DNA from: Candidatus Omnitrophota bacterium
GTDB lineage: Bacteria > Omnitrophota > Gorgyraeia > 2-01-FULL-45-10
Direction: 5' to 3'
Length of the DNA: 58,083 nucleotides
NCBI GenBank assembly: GCA_028699255.1
Contig: JAQVUX010000001.1
Coordinates: forward strand, 1-58,083
Part shown: in pieces, positions 8,860-21,307 of the stretch
Layout of the letters: every line of letters starts with the position of its first letter
Position numbering within the stretch: position 1 is the first letter of the stretch
Position numbers and translations under genes: made by a program
Notes under the pieces: generated by a model
Database searches by the model: none
What the model was told of the DNA's origin: nothing
Seen by the model: the letters and a program-made list of their open reading frames with translations, nothing else

Positions 8860-10920
8860 ATGGCGAATTTTGAGGCTAAAGATATACGAAATATCATCCT
8901 CTTAGGCCACTCGGGTAGCGGCAAAACCTCTCTTATAGAAGCAATGTTGCACGGCGCGGGCGCGATTCCGCGCATGGGCAAGATCAGCGATGGAACGACG
9001 GTTTCAGATTATAACGAGGACGAAAAGGCAAAGAAGCATTCCACCGGTTCGTCCCTGATGAGTTTTGTATATAATTCCAAGAAAATAAACGTTATTGACA
9101 CCCCTGGTTACACCGATTTCATAGGCGAGATGATCGGAGGACTGCGCGCCGCGGATGCCTGCATAGTGGTGGTAAATGCGACCGGCGGCATCGAGATAGG
9201 CACGGAGCGTGCGTACAGGATGGCCATGGAGAAAGGCGTCCCGTGCATATTTTTCATAAATATGCTCGATAAGGAAAACTCCGATTACGATAAATGTTTT
9301 GACGATATAAATAAGAAATTCAGGAAGCATTGCGTTGCCGTAGATGTGCCTGTCGGAAAAGAAGCGTCGCTGAAGGACGCGGCGAATATTATAAGCCGCA
9401 AGGGTCTCGATACGCTTTCCGACGAGGATAAGGCGCATGCCAGAGGCCTGGCCGATTCTTTGGCCGAGGCGGTTGCCGAGACGGACGATGCTCTCCTCGA
9501 AAAGTATCTCGATAAAGGCGAGCTGGCTCCTGATGAGCTTACCGCCGCTTTTAAAAATGCGGTGGCGAAGGGCGAGGTGACGCCCATACTCTGCGGATCC
9601 GCTACGCGAGGTATAGGCATTAAAGAGCTCCTTGATATGATCGTTAACTATCTGCCGTCTCCGGCGGACAGGCCGGCTGTGATAGTCGCGAAGCCGGATT
9701 CGTCCGATAAGGTTTCGGTGGAGATGCGCGCCTGCGCGCCGTTTTCCGCTCTTGTATTTAAAACGCTGTCCGATCCGTTTCTGGGGCAGATATCGATATT
9801 TAAGGTGTTTTCGGGAAAACTACCGGCGAACGGTAGCTTCTATAACGTAAATAGAAGTTCGAAAGAGAAGATCGGGACTATATTTACGCTTTTAGGTAAG
9901 GCGCAGATTTCGATGGAATCGGTTCAGGCGGGCGATATCGCGTGCGTCGCTAAATTGAAAGATACGATGACGGGCGACACTATTACCGATGAGAAGATGC
10001 CGGTAAAATTCGATGACATACAATTTCCCGAACCGGCCATTTCATTTTCACTTAAGCCCAAAACTCGAGCCGATGAAGACAAGATATCTAACGCTATTCA
10101 CAGGATAAGCGCCGAGGACCCTACATTTAAAGTTACTCGTGATGAGCAGACTAAAGAGATGCTCGTTTCCGGTATGGGGGATATGCACATCGCGACGATG
10201 CTGAACAGAATGAGGATGCGTTACGGCGTTCAGGTCGATATAGGAACCCCGAAGGTGGCATATAAAGAGACGATCATGTCCCGGGGCGACGCGCAGTACA
10301 GGCACAAGAAACAATCCGGCGGCGCCGGACAATTTGCGGAAGTTTGGATGCGTATCGAGCCGCTGTCCAGAGGTTCAGGGTTCGAGTTCGTGAATGAAGT
10401 TGTGGGCGGCGCCATACCGCGGCCGTTCATCGTGAGTTGTGAGAAGGGCGTCAGAACTGCTCTGAGCGCAGGGCCTTTGGCGGGTTTTCCCGTCGTCGAT
10501 GTTAAGGCGGTGGTTTACGACGGCAAGACGCACCCGGTTGATTCGAAGGATATTGCTTTCCAGACGGCGGCACGTCACGCATTCAAGGAATCGATCCTCA
10601 AGGCCAGACCGGTACTGCTCGAGCCGATAATGGACGTCGATATAGTGGTGCCCGACCAGTTCATGGGCGACATCACGGGTAGCCTTAATTCGAGGCGGGG
10701 CCGCGTTATGGGCATGGAACCGTCGGACAATTCGCAGACGATAAAAGCGAAGGTTCCGCTCGAGGAGATGTATAAGTACGTAAACGAACTGAAATCGATA
10801 ACGGGCGGGAGAGGCACGTACACGATGACGTTTTCGCATTACGAGGTTGTGCCGCCTAACTTAGCGCAGGTGATAGCGGATAAGGCGAAGTTAAACAGAA
10901 AAGAAGAAGTGGAAGAGTAA
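8860..10920 (+). CDS. Elongation factor G family GTPase (EF-G paralog)
   Basis: G-domain motifs GHSGSGKTS and DTPG, followed by EF-G domains II-V (e.g. GDMHI, HPVDS). 686 aa. Not located in the str operon, so probably a second EF-G-like copy. Confidence 0.88.
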   Translation: MANFEAKDIRNIILLGHSGSGKTSLIEAMLHGAGAIPRMGKISDGTTVSDYNEDEKAKKHSTGSSLMSFVYNSKKINVIDTPGYTDFIGEMIGGLRAADACIVVVNATGGIEIGTERAYRMAMEKGVPCIFFINMLDKENSDYDKCFDDINKKFRKHCVAVDVPVGKEASLKDAANIISRKGLDTLSDEDKAHARGLADSLAEAVAETDDALLEKYLDKGELAPDELTAAFKNAVAKGEVTPILCGSATRGIGIKELLDMIVNYLPSPADRPAVIVAKPDSSDKVSVEMRACAPFSALVFKTLSDPFLGQISIFKVFSGKLPANGSFYNVNRSSKEKIGTIFTLLGKAQISMESVQAGDIACVAKLKDTMTGDTITDEKMPVKFDDIQFPEPAISFSLKPKTRADEDKISNAIHRISAEDPTFKVTRDEQTKEMLVSGMGDMHIATMLNRMRMRYGVQVDIGTPKVAYKETIMSRGDAQYRHKKQSGGAGQFAEVWMRIEPLSRGSGFEFVNEVVGGAIPRPFIVSCEKGVRTALSAGPLAGFPVVDVKAVVYDGKTHPVDSKDIAFQTAARHAFKESILKARPVLLEPIMDVDIVVPDQFMGDITGSLNSRRGRVMGMEPSDNSQTIKAKVPLEEMYKYVNELKSITGGRGTYTMTFSHYEVVPPNLAQVIADKAKLNRKEEVEE

Positions 10921-10959
10921 GTAAGCTCTAAAACCAAAACACTAAACAGAGAGGGGAAT

Positions 10960-11697
10960 ATGTCAGGACATTCTAAATGGGCGACGATTAAACACAAAAA
11001 AGCAGCGACCGACGCGAAGAGAGGGTCTCTGTTTACAAAACTGATAAAAGAAATAACGGTAGCGGCACGCAGTGGCGGCAAACCGGACACCAATCCGCGT
11101 CTCAGGGTTGCTATCGAACGCGCCAAAGAAGCATCCATGCCGGCGGATAACATCGACCGCGCCGTAAAAAAAGGCACCGGAGAACTCGAAGGTGTAAGTT
11201 ACGAAGATATAACACTCGAGGGTTATGGCCCGGGCGGTGTGGCGATATACGTCGAAGGTGTTAGCGATAATCGTAACAGGACTACCAGCGAAGTCAGGAC
11301 GATATTCACGAAAAAGGGCGGTAATATGGCAGGCGCCGGTTCGGTGAGTTGGATGTTCGAGAAAAAGGGCTACTTTGTAGTAAGTAAAGCTACGATCGAT
11401 GAAGACAAACTGATGGGTATCGTATTGGACGCAGGCGCCGAAGACCTGGTGGTGGAGGATGAAAACTACGCTGTAAAGACCGCGCCGGCCGATTTTTTCA
11501 AAGTGAAGAAAGCGCTTGATGATAATAAGATATCGACAGAAGACGCGGAGATAACGCTTCTGCCTAAATCTACCGTCAAGGTTGTAGGTGATGATGCTAA
11601 AAAGGTACTAGATCTTGTTGAGGGACTCGAAGAGCACGACGACGTACAACACGTGTATGCCAATTTCGACATACCGGATGATTTATTGAAGGAATAA
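10960..11697 (+). CDS. yebC: YebC/PmpR family DNA-binding regulator
   Basis: The N-terminus MSGHSKWATIKHKKAATDAKRG is diagnostic. Confidence 0.93.
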   Translation: MSGHSKWATIKHKKAATDAKRGSLFTKLIKEITVAARSGGKPDTNPRLRVAIERAKEASMPADNIDRAVKKGTGELEGVSYEDITLEGYGPGGVAIYVEGVSDNRNRTTSEVRTIFTKKGGNMAGAGSVSWMFEKKGYFVVSKATIDEDKLMGIVLDAGAEDLVVEDENYAVKTAPADFFKVKKALDDNKISTEDAEITLLPKSTVKVVGDDAKKVLDLVEGLEEHDDVQHVYANFDIPDDLLKE

Positions 11698-11708
11698 TTC
11701 CGCGAATA

Positions 11709-12200
11709 ATGCGTATACTTGGGATAGATCCCGGGCTACAGATAACGGGTTACGGAGTAATAGAGGACAGGGGGTTTAAACTTATCGAAGCCGGGTTTAT
11801 CAGGACGGCGGCAAAGACGCCCGTACAGGACAGGATTACCAGGATATTCGACGAGATATCTAAAGTAGTTGAGGATCATCGGCCGGATGTCCTTGTTCTT
11901 GAAAAGATATATTCCCACTATAAGCATCCGACCACAGCAATTCTTATGGGGCACGCGCGTGCTATGGCGTGTCTTGTATGCGGAAAGTTCGATATACAGC
12001 TTGTCAATTATCCTTCGACACGCATTAAAAAAGCGATAACCGGCAACGGCCACGCATCGAAACAGCAGGTGCAGAGAATGGTGCAGAGTCTATTGAAACT
12101 CAAAAATCCTCCGGAGCCGGTCGATGTGAGTGACGCTTTGGCGATGGCGATAAGTTATTGTTACATAGAGAAAAAAGATGATCTCGCACATATCCGGTAA
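11709..12200 (+). CDS. ruvC: Holliday junction resolvase RuvC
   Basis: MRILGIDPG...GYGVI start, 163 aa, directly upstream of ruvA and ruvB. Confidence 0.93.
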   Translation: MRILGIDPGLQITGYGVIEDRGFKLIEAGFIRTAAKTPVQDRITRIFDEISKVVEDHRPDVLVLEKIYSHYKHPTTAILMGHARAMACLVCGKFDIQLVNYPSTRIKKAITGNGHASKQQVQRMVQSLLKLKNPPEPVDVSDALAMAISYCYIEKKDDLAHIR

Positions 12201-12810
12201 AATACGGAAGAAAAAAATCTCGAGCGTAGAGATAGATGTTAACGGATTTTCCTACGAAGTTATGGTGCCTCCTGCGGTCATGAGCGGCATTGAAAGTAAC
12301 CGCGCCCAGGACGGAACCATATCCCTTGTTACATACCACTATTACCAGATGGATCAGTCAAAGGCGCTTCCCGTTCTGGTCGGGTTTCTGAATGAAATCG
12401 AGAAAGAATTTTTTGAGCAGTTTATAACGGTTTCGGGTGTCGGCCCCAAAGCGGCATGCCGCGCGCTTACCCTGGCTATCCCGGAGATAGCCGCCGCCAT
12501 AGACCGCGGGGACATGGCCGTGTTAAAATCACTGCCGGGCATAGGCGAACAGAAGGCGCGCGAGATAGTCGCGAGGCTTCAGGGCAAAGTAGGTAAGTTC
12601 GCTCTTATGAAAGACACATTTAGCTCTTCAGTCGTGGAAGGTAAAGACGATATAAGAGAAGAGGCGCTGAGCGTGCTTTTGCAATTGCAATACAAGAAGA
12701 GTGAGGCGCAGGACATGATCGACCGGGCATTAAAGCATAATCCGAAAATATCCACATGCGAAGACGTACTTAACGAGGTATATAAGGGGTCGAGGGGCGT
12801 TAATGTCTAA
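12178..12810 (+). CDS. ruvA: Holliday junction helicase subunit RuvA
   Basis: MI..I.G domain I, HhH motifs (L..V.GVGPK.A, LPGIG.K.A), and context. Confidence 0.92.
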   Translation: MISHISGKIRKKKISSVEIDVNGFSYEVMVPPAVMSGIESNRAQDGTISLVTYHYYQMDQSKALPVLVGFLNEIEKEFFEQFITVSGVGPKAACRALTLAIPEIAAAIDRGDMAVLKSLPGIGEQKAREIVARLQGKVGKFALMKDTFSSSVVEGKDDIREEALSVLLQLQYKKSEAQDMIDRALKHNPKISTCEDVLNEVYKGSRGVNV

Positions 12811-13876
12811 ATCCCAAATAGATCCAAAAACCCAAAATCCAAACGTACCGGCCGGCCGAGAAAAATTATTAGTATCTCAGGAGACCGAAGAAGATCAGAT
12901 ATTAAATATATCCCTAAGGCCTTCCAAGCTCGAGGATTTTATAGGGCAGAAAGCGCTTGTGGAGAACCTTAAGGTTTCGCTTCAGGCGGCTCTCCGGCGC
13001 AAAGAGCCGATGGAGCACACGCTTTTGTCCGGGCCCCCGGGTCTTGGAAAGACATCCCTCGCCCATATCATAGCCAATGAGATGGGCTCTAAAATAACGG
13101 CTACGAGCGGGCCGGCCATAGGCAAGGCCGGGGACCTTATAGGCATACTCACCAACCTCGCCGATGGCGATATACTTTTTATCGACGAGATACACCGGCT
13201 TTCCAAGACGGTGGAAGAGTTTATCTATCCGGCCATGGAGAACTTCGAGATAGACTTTATTATAGACAAGGGCCCCTATGCCAAAACGATAAAATTCAAT
13301 CTGAAGCGTTTTACTTTAATAGGCGCGACAACCCGCGCGGGATTACTGACTGCGCCGCTACGCTCAAGGTTCGGCATATTCCAACACCTCGATTTTTATG
13401 AAACAGAAGATCTGGTAAAGATCATCACTCGTTCGGCTAAATTATTAAATATTCCGATAGATAAAAATGCCGCTGAAGAGATAGGCAGGCGCGCCAGGGG
13501 TTCGCCGCGTGTCGCGAACAGGCTTCTTCGCCGCGTCAGGGATTGGGTTCAGGTGAAGCGGGACGGGAAGATAACGCTTGAAACTACGGAAGAGGCACTC
13601 AAAAACCACGGCATCGACAAGATGGGGCTGGATAACATCGACCGCAAGGTCATAAATATAATACACGAGTCCTTTAACGGCGGCCCGGTCGGTATAGAGT
13701 CGATAGCCGCTACTCTCAACGAAGAACCCGACACGATCGTTGATGTCGTCGAGCCTTTCCTCTTAAAGATAGGCCTTCTCAAAAGGACGCCGCGCGGCAG
13801 GGAATTGACGCGCCGGGCCTACGAGCATATGGGGCTTTCCCGCACGTCTAAAGAAATTCAAAGAGAGATGTTTTAG
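12803..13876 (+). CDS. ruvB: Holliday junction helicase RuvB
   Basis: LRP..L.DFIGQ, Walker A GPPGLGKTSLA, and DEIHRL. Confidence 0.96.
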   Translation: MSKSQIDPKTQNPNVPAGREKLLVSQETEEDQILNISLRPSKLEDFIGQKALVENLKVSLQAALRRKEPMEHTLLSGPPGLGKTSLAHIIANEMGSKITATSGPAIGKAGDLIGILTNLADGDILFIDEIHRLSKTVEEFIYPAMENFEIDFIIDKGPYAKTIKFNLKRFTLIGATTRAGLLTAPLRSRFGIFQHLDFYETEDLVKIITRSAKLLNIPIDKNAAEEIGRRARGSPRVANRLLRRVRDWVQVKRDGKITLETTEEALKNHGIDKMGLDNIDRKVINIIHESFNGGPVGIESIAATLNEEPDTIVDVVEPFLLKIGLLKRTPRGRELTRRAYEHMGLSRTSKEIQREMF

Positions 13877-13881
13877 ATACT

Positions 13882-14427
13882 ATGAATATTCTGCTACATA
13901 TTTGCTGTGCCCCGTGTTCCTTCTATCCTGTAGAGGAGCTGAAGAAACAGGGCCATCAGTTCGCCGGTTTTTTCTATAATCCCAATATACATCTGTACTC
14001 CGAATATCTTAAACGCCGCGCTGAGGTCGAGAAGCATTCAAAGAAGGAGGCGTATAACGTTATTTATCCGGATTACGAGATGGAGAAGTTTTTTCAGTAT
14101 GTAACCGATAACGAAGATGCCCGTAACCGGTGCCCTGTGTGCTGGTGGCTACGCCTCGAAAAGACGGCGAGATTTGCCTGTGAAAACGGTTTCGAAGCTT
14201 TCACCACCACGCTTCTCGGCAGTCCATACCAGGATCACGATACGATACAAAAAATAGGCGCGGACATAGCCTCGAAGGCGGGGTTGAAATTTTATTATAC
14301 GGATTTTCGCGCCGGTTTTAAAGACGGACAGGATAAGGCGAGGGCGGAAGACTATTACCTGCAGAATTACTGCGGGTGTATATTCTCTGAGAAGGAAAAG
14401 ATCGAACGAAAGAAGCCGCGCGCATGA
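13882..14427 (+). CDS. queH: Epoxyqueuosine reductase QueH (DUF208)
   Basis: LLHICCAPCS N-terminal motif, a FFYNPNIH segment and a C-terminal CGC. Confidence 0.85.
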   Translation: MNILLHICCAPCSFYPVEELKKQGHQFAGFFYNPNIHLYSEYLKRRAEVEKHSKKEAYNVIYPDYEMEKFFQYVTDNEDARNRCPVCWWLRLEKTARFACENGFEAFTTTLLGSPYQDHDTIQKIGADIASKAGLKFYYTDFRAGFKDGQDKARAEDYYLQNYCGCIFSEKEKIERKKPRA

Positions 14428-14648
14428 GCGACATGGGATTGTTTGGGAAGATGCTGATCCTGTTCGGGCTTTTGCTCGTTGTGCTCGGAGTCATATTTAC
14501 GCTCGGAGGCAAATTGCCGTGGTTCGGCCGCCTGCCGGGCGATATCTATATCCATAAACGCAACTTCACTTTATTTTTCCCCATAACGACTTCGGTGATA
14601 ATCTCCGTGATCCTGTCGATAATATTGATACTGCTGAGGCGAAGATGA
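14424..14648 (+). CDS. DUF2905 small membrane protein
   Basis: GRLPGDIYI motif between hydrophobic helices. 74 aa. Confidence 0.75.
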   Translation: MSDMGLFGKMLILFGLLLVVLGVIFTLGGKLPWFGRLPGDIYIHKRNFTLFFPITTSVIISVILSIILILLRRR

Positions 14649-15802
14649 GAAAGGTGTCCGCGGCTATCCTGTGTTTATTCATAGGGATGGCGTTTCTGTG
14701 CTCATGTGCCGGCGCCGGTCAGGTGCCCGACACAGAAGTCCGCGTTCTTGTAATAGATGGACGGGATTCTTTTATTATTTCCCTGAAAGGCAAATATACC
14801 ATATGCGAGATGGGCTCCGATAAAGTGCTGGCGGAAGGGCCGTTCTTGTCGGGGGTGGTTTCTGCGGCGAAGAACGGATTGATTCTCGGGAGGAAAGAGG
14901 TAGGGCAGAGCGCGATAACTATAAAGGTTGTGCGCGACGGTAATGTATATATCGATTCCCGCCGGTTCAGAGGAGCTATCGATATAATAAAAAAGTCCGA
15001 CGGCAAGCTGATGGTTGTGAACCGGCTTGGCCTGGATGAATACCTCTACGGTGTCCTGTATAACGAAGTTTCGCATCGCTGGCCGATGGAGGTATTGAAG
15101 GCCCAGGCTATAACTGCCAGAACTTTCGCGCTTTATGAAATAAGGCAGAGCAAGGGGCAGTTGTATGACCTGAGAAACGACATATATTCGCAGGTGTACG
15201 GCGGCAGGACATCGGAAAAATGGGCGACGACGACCGCGGTGGATCGGACTAGGGGGCAGATCCTCGTCTACAACGGAGATATATTCCCCGCCTATTATCA
15301 TGCCACCTGCGGCGGCTACACCGAAGATGCGGCCAATCTGTGGAACGTGAACATCGAGCCGCTCAAAGGTAGTGAGTGCGGATTTTGTTCAGATTCTCCA
15401 CATTACAGATGGTCAAAAGATATCCCTATTGATGCGCTTGAAAAGAAATTAAAGGGCGGCGGTTACAAGGTCGGTAATGTGTCGTCTATCGCCGTGTTGT
15501 CAAAGAATAGATCGGGACGGGTGGACAAGCTCGAGATAAAGGACGGGTTCGGCAGGAGCGTTGTTATGAGTGGGAAGGATTTCAGGCATATGCTGGGGCC
15601 GAACGAAGCGCGCAGTGCGAATTTTGAAATAACTCTGAGGCCGGGCATAGTGCGCATCGATGGAATAGGCTGGGGCCATGGGGTTGGTATGTGCCAGTGG
15701 GGCGCGTACGGCATGTCGCGCAAAGGCTTTAAGGCGGCGGAGATATTACGGCGCTACTATCCCGGGGCGGAAATTTCGACGATCGACAAGATAAAGATGT
15801 AA
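14645..15802 (+). CDS. SpoIID/LytB domain protein (peptidoglycan amidase enhancer / lytic transglycosylase family)
   Basis: LDEYLYGVL..E....WP.E.LKAQAI.ARTFAL ... Y.A.CGGYTE signature. Confidence 0.88.
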   Translation: MRKVSAAILCLFIGMAFLCSCAGAGQVPDTEVRVLVIDGRDSFIISLKGKYTICEMGSDKVLAEGPFLSGVVSAAKNGLILGRKEVGQSAITIKVVRDGNVYIDSRRFRGAIDIIKKSDGKLMVVNRLGLDEYLYGVLYNEVSHRWPMEVLKAQAITARTFALYEIRQSKGQLYDLRNDIYSQVYGGRTSEKWATTTAVDRTRGQILVYNGDIFPAYYHATCGGYTEDAANLWNVNIEPLKGSECGFCSDSPHYRWSKDIPIDALEKKLKGGGYKVGNVSSIAVLSKNRSGRVDKLEIKDGFGRSVVMSGKDFRHMLGPNEARSANFEITLRPGIVRIDGIGWGHGVGMCQWGAYGMSRKGFKAAEILRRYYPGAEISTIDKIKM

Positions 15803-15979
15803 AATTTTTCGATCCCGGGAGGCATCCCCTCTCGGGGTTGGTATTCCGCAGGGACGCGAAATTTTCAGCCATGTGAAAATTTCGCTCGAGAAAAATTGCT
15901 CGGATGTTGCCTCGCAATTTTTACGCCCTGCTCCATACCAACCCCTCGGGGGTCTTTTCCCGCGGAATCGAAAAATTTT
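15801..15979 (+). repeat. Structured palindromic intergenic element, family 1, copy 2
   Basis: Near-identical to 6876-7054. Hairpin P4 lies at 15856-15885 and hairpin P5 at 15891-15922. Confidence 0.85.
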
Positions 15980-16103
15980 ACGAGGGAGAGCAGAAAACAC
16001 CGTTCCGGAACCGAAATTTTGGGTGCCCGCATCTGTTAGCGCGAGTATTGGCACCTGTGGTGATAAGGAAAGTTTCCGGAATATTTTTAGATGACCGATG
16101 TTA

Positions 16104-16267
16104 GGCGAGGGGACTATGCTTACGCGACGACGTAAAAATCGCGAGCGGGCATGGTTCCCGAGCCAGGGTTAGCAAGTAAGCGAGGGAGAGCGAGCGATTT
16201 TTTTTCGAGCGACATTTTTCACGCCGGGAAAAATGGAGCGTTCGGAGCGAAGCATAGTCCCCTCGCC
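16104..16267. repeat. Long hairpin element closed by a perfect 18-bp stem
   Basis: ggcgaggggactatgctt (16104-16121) is the exact reverse complement of aagcatagtcccctcgcc (16250-16267). The interior has further pairing (cgtaaaaatcgc / gcgattttttttcg). Confidence 0.75.
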
Positions 16268-16302
16268 AGAGACAACATGTTCATGAAATAAAAAATTGAA
16301 AT

Positions 16303-17306
16303 ATGAAACTATCCGAGTTTGATTATAACTTACCGAAGGAATTGATCGCGCAGTATCCGGCCCAGAAGCGGGATGCGTGCAGGTTGATGGTGCTCGATCG
16401 CGCTTCGAAGACGATCGCGCATAAGACGTTCGAGGATATCCTCGGATATTTTAAACCCGGCGATCTGCTCGTCCTGAATAATACGAAAGTAATCCCCGCG
16501 CGGCTCTTTGGGAAGCGGAAGTCGGGCGGGAAGGTTGAGTTGTTTCTACTGGAAATGAAGAATCCGATTTGCGAGGCGCTCGTAAAACCGGGGGCGCGGG
16601 TTAAGGATGGAGAAATTATAATTCTCGATTCCGGGGATGAGGTCGAGGTTATGGGGCGCGGCGATATCGGAAGACAGGTAAGATTTAACAGGCCGATCGA
16701 AAGTATTGTGAAAGAAATAGGCCACATGCCATTGCCGCCATACATCGATAGGAACGACGAAGATTCGGACAAACAGAACTATCAGACTATTTACTGCCGG
16801 AAGGAAGGCGCGACCGCAAGCCCGACAGCGGGATTGCATTTTACGGATGAGTTGCTGGACAAAATCGCAGGACGCGGGGTACGGGTTCAATATGTGACGC
16901 TCCACACGAATTACGGGACGTTCGCGCCGGTAAAGACGGAAGATGTCGAGGGGCACAAAATGCATAAGGAACCCTTCGAGCTTTCCGCCGAGACCGCGGA
17001 GGCGATAGTCGAGACGAAGAAGCGCGACGGTAAGGTATACGCGGTCGGGACGACTACGACACGCGTTTTGGAACATTGCGCGCAGAAACTTCCGCGCAGT
17101 GCCGGCGGGCACACCGAAATGTTCATATATCCGGGTTATAAGTTCAAAGTCGTCGATCGCTTAATTACGAATTTCCATCTGCCGAAATCTACGCTTATGC
17201 TACTGGTGAGCGCATTCGCAGGTAAAGACTTTATTCTCGATGCATATCGCCAAGCCATAGCCGAGCGATACAGATTCTTTAGCTATGGCGACGGGATGTT
17301 GATAGT

Positions 17307-17310
<4 letters not shown>
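16303..17310 (+). CDS. queA: S-adenosylmethionine:tRNA ribosyltransferase-isomerase
   Basis: MKLSEFDY.LP.ELIAQ.P start, PLPPYI, and a GTT..R..E motif. Confidence 0.95.
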
Positions 17311-18969
<1,659 letters not shown>

Positions 18970-18970
<1 letters not shown>

Positions 18971-21198
18971 TGAATAAAGGGCAACAGTGGAAAATAGTCG
19001 GCATAGTCGCTATCGTCATAGCTTCTCTGTGGATTATCTGGCCGCCGTTTACTATAAAAGACAAAGATGGTAGTGTACAGAAGGGGAAGATAAACCTCGG
19101 GCTTGACCTGCAGGGCGGTATGCACGTTGTCCTGAAAGTAGATACGTCGAAGGTTCCGGCCGAAGCTCGCAAGGATGCTGTCGAGCGGGCCATGGAGATA
19201 ATCAGGAACAGGGTTGACCAGTTCGGCGTCGGTGAAATGGCTATACAGAGGCAGGGTAAAGACAATATCATAATACAACTGCCTGGAGTTACCGACCGCG
19301 AAAGGGCTCTTGAGATAATAGGGAAGACGGCGCATCTTGAGTTCAGGCTTGTTTCCGATAATACCGAGGACTTGAAGAAAGCTATCAATAACGAGCCTGT
19401 CGAAGGATACGAGCTTAAGTATATGGAAGGCGAACGCGCAGGGAGCGAGCCTCTCTTGATCGCGAAAACGGCAAGCCTTACCGGCGATCTTTTAGTGAAC
19501 GCGAAAACGGAGTTCAGCTCCCGCGGATTCGGCGAACCTTATGTTTCGTTGACACTTAACGCTAAGGGCGCCCAGATTTTTGCCAATGTTACCGCTACTA
19601 ATGTAGGTAAGCGGCTCGCCATAGTCCTGGACGGAAAAGTCGTTTCGGCGCCTGTGATCCGCGAAGCGATACCGTCTGGCCAGGCGCAGATATCTGGGAA
19701 TTTTACCGTGGAACAGGCCAATGACCTCTCTGTCATATTGAGGGCTGGCGCGCTTCCGGCGCCTGTCATCGTAGAGGAAGAGAGGACTGTAGGGCCATTG
19801 CTCGGAGCCGACTCCATTAGGAGCGGTCTCAAGGCGGCGGTTATAGGAACTGCTCTCGTCGTAGTTTTCATGATATTTTATTACAGGCTGGCCGGCTTTG
19901 TCGCTGTTTTTGCGTTGGGACTTAACCTTCTCCTTATACTCGCATGCCTGGCCTTATTTAAAGGAACGCTTACACTGCCAGGTATCGCCGGTTTGATATT
20001 GACCCTGGGTATGTCAGTAGACGCGAACGTTCTTATATATGAGCGAATGCGTGAAGAGATGGCGCTTGGTAAATCAATGCGCGCGGCTATAGCCGCAGGA
20101 TATCATAGGGCGTTATCGGCGATAGTGGATTCTAATCTGACAACTATAATAGCGGCCGCTCTTATATTCAAATTCGGGACAGGCCCGATCAGAGGCTTTG
20201 CGGTTACGCTGACCATAGGCCTTTTAGCCAACCTATTTACGGCGGTTATGTGCACAAAGGTTATATTTGAGGTAATGTGCGATCAGTTCAATCTTGCCAA
20301 ATTAAAATTCATGCATCTTTTCACCCGCCAGACCAATATCGATTTTATCGGCAAGAGAAAGATATGCTATATAATATCGGCCCTATTTATTATCATCGGC
20401 CTCGCGTTATTTATAATGAGAGGCGATAAGAATTACGGCGTCGATTTCTCCGGCGGCACATTGCAACAGTACATGTTCGATAAGCCGGTTAAGATGGATG
20501 ATATCAGGAAGGTTTTAAAAGATATAGGATACGGGAACGCATCAATCCAGCAATACGGAAATCCTAAAGAGGTGATCGTTCGCACGCAGGAGGATATCGC
20601 TACCAAATTATCAGGAGCATTCCGGGAGAATTTGAAAGACAATTCGTTCCAGGTATTGCGTGTCGAGACGGTGGGGCCCGCTGTCGGTAAAAATCTCCGG
20701 CAAAACGCCCTGATAAGTCTTATACTTGGCCTGGCAGGTATCGCGATATATGTAATGTTCCGGTTTGATCTTAAGTATGGCATCGCGGGTGTAATTGCGC
20801 TGATCCATGACGTATTATTTGCCGTCGGCGCGATGGCGCTTACTCATAGGCAGTTTGATCTTACGATCGTGGCCGCGTTATTGACTATCGCCGGTTATTC
20901 GATAAACGATACAGTCGTTATATATGACCGTATAAGGGAGAACCTGCGTATTGTTAAGAAGGGCAGTTTTAACGAGATCGTCAATTTAAGCATAAACCAG
21001 ATGCTCGGCAGGACTATCCTTACCACAGGCGTTACAATGCTTGCGGTAATGGCCCTTCTCGTATTCGGCGGCGCGGTGTTGAATAATTTCTCATTCTGTA
21101 TATTTGTCGGTTTCTTCGTAGGAGTCTATTCCACTATTTATATCGCGAGCCCGCTGGTCATTTCGTGGCATCAGGCGAGAGTCGCTGTTAAGAGGTAA
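18970..21198 (+). CDS. secDF: Fused protein translocase subunit SecDF
   Basis: 742 aa. SecD periplasmic domain (LGLDLQGG) plus two 6-TM SecD/SecF export-membrane modules. Confidence 0.94.
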
Positions 21199-21216
21199 GA
21201 CGTAGTCGAACGTGAT

Positions 21217-21267
21217 TAACCGCGTAGGTTTGTATGCGGGTTAACCCATAGCTAACCTACGCGGTTA
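21217..21267. repeat. REP-like palindromic element, copy 1 (core AACCGCGTAGGTT / AACCTACGCGGTT)
   Basis: Inverted 13-14 nt arms separated by 23 nt, starting 18 nt after the secDF stop. Confidence 0.85.
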
Positions 21268-21307
21268 TATCCGGGATTTTGCCGATCTCGAGTTTATAAG
21301 GATCTTT

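Noticed and set aside
8860-10920. EF-G gene as a sign of an str operon or ribosomal protection (Tet(M)-like) resistance gene
   Set aside because: There are no rpsL, rpsG or tuf neighbours, and nothing in the sequence lets me distinguish a resistance-type protein from the common second EF-G paralog. It is called generically.
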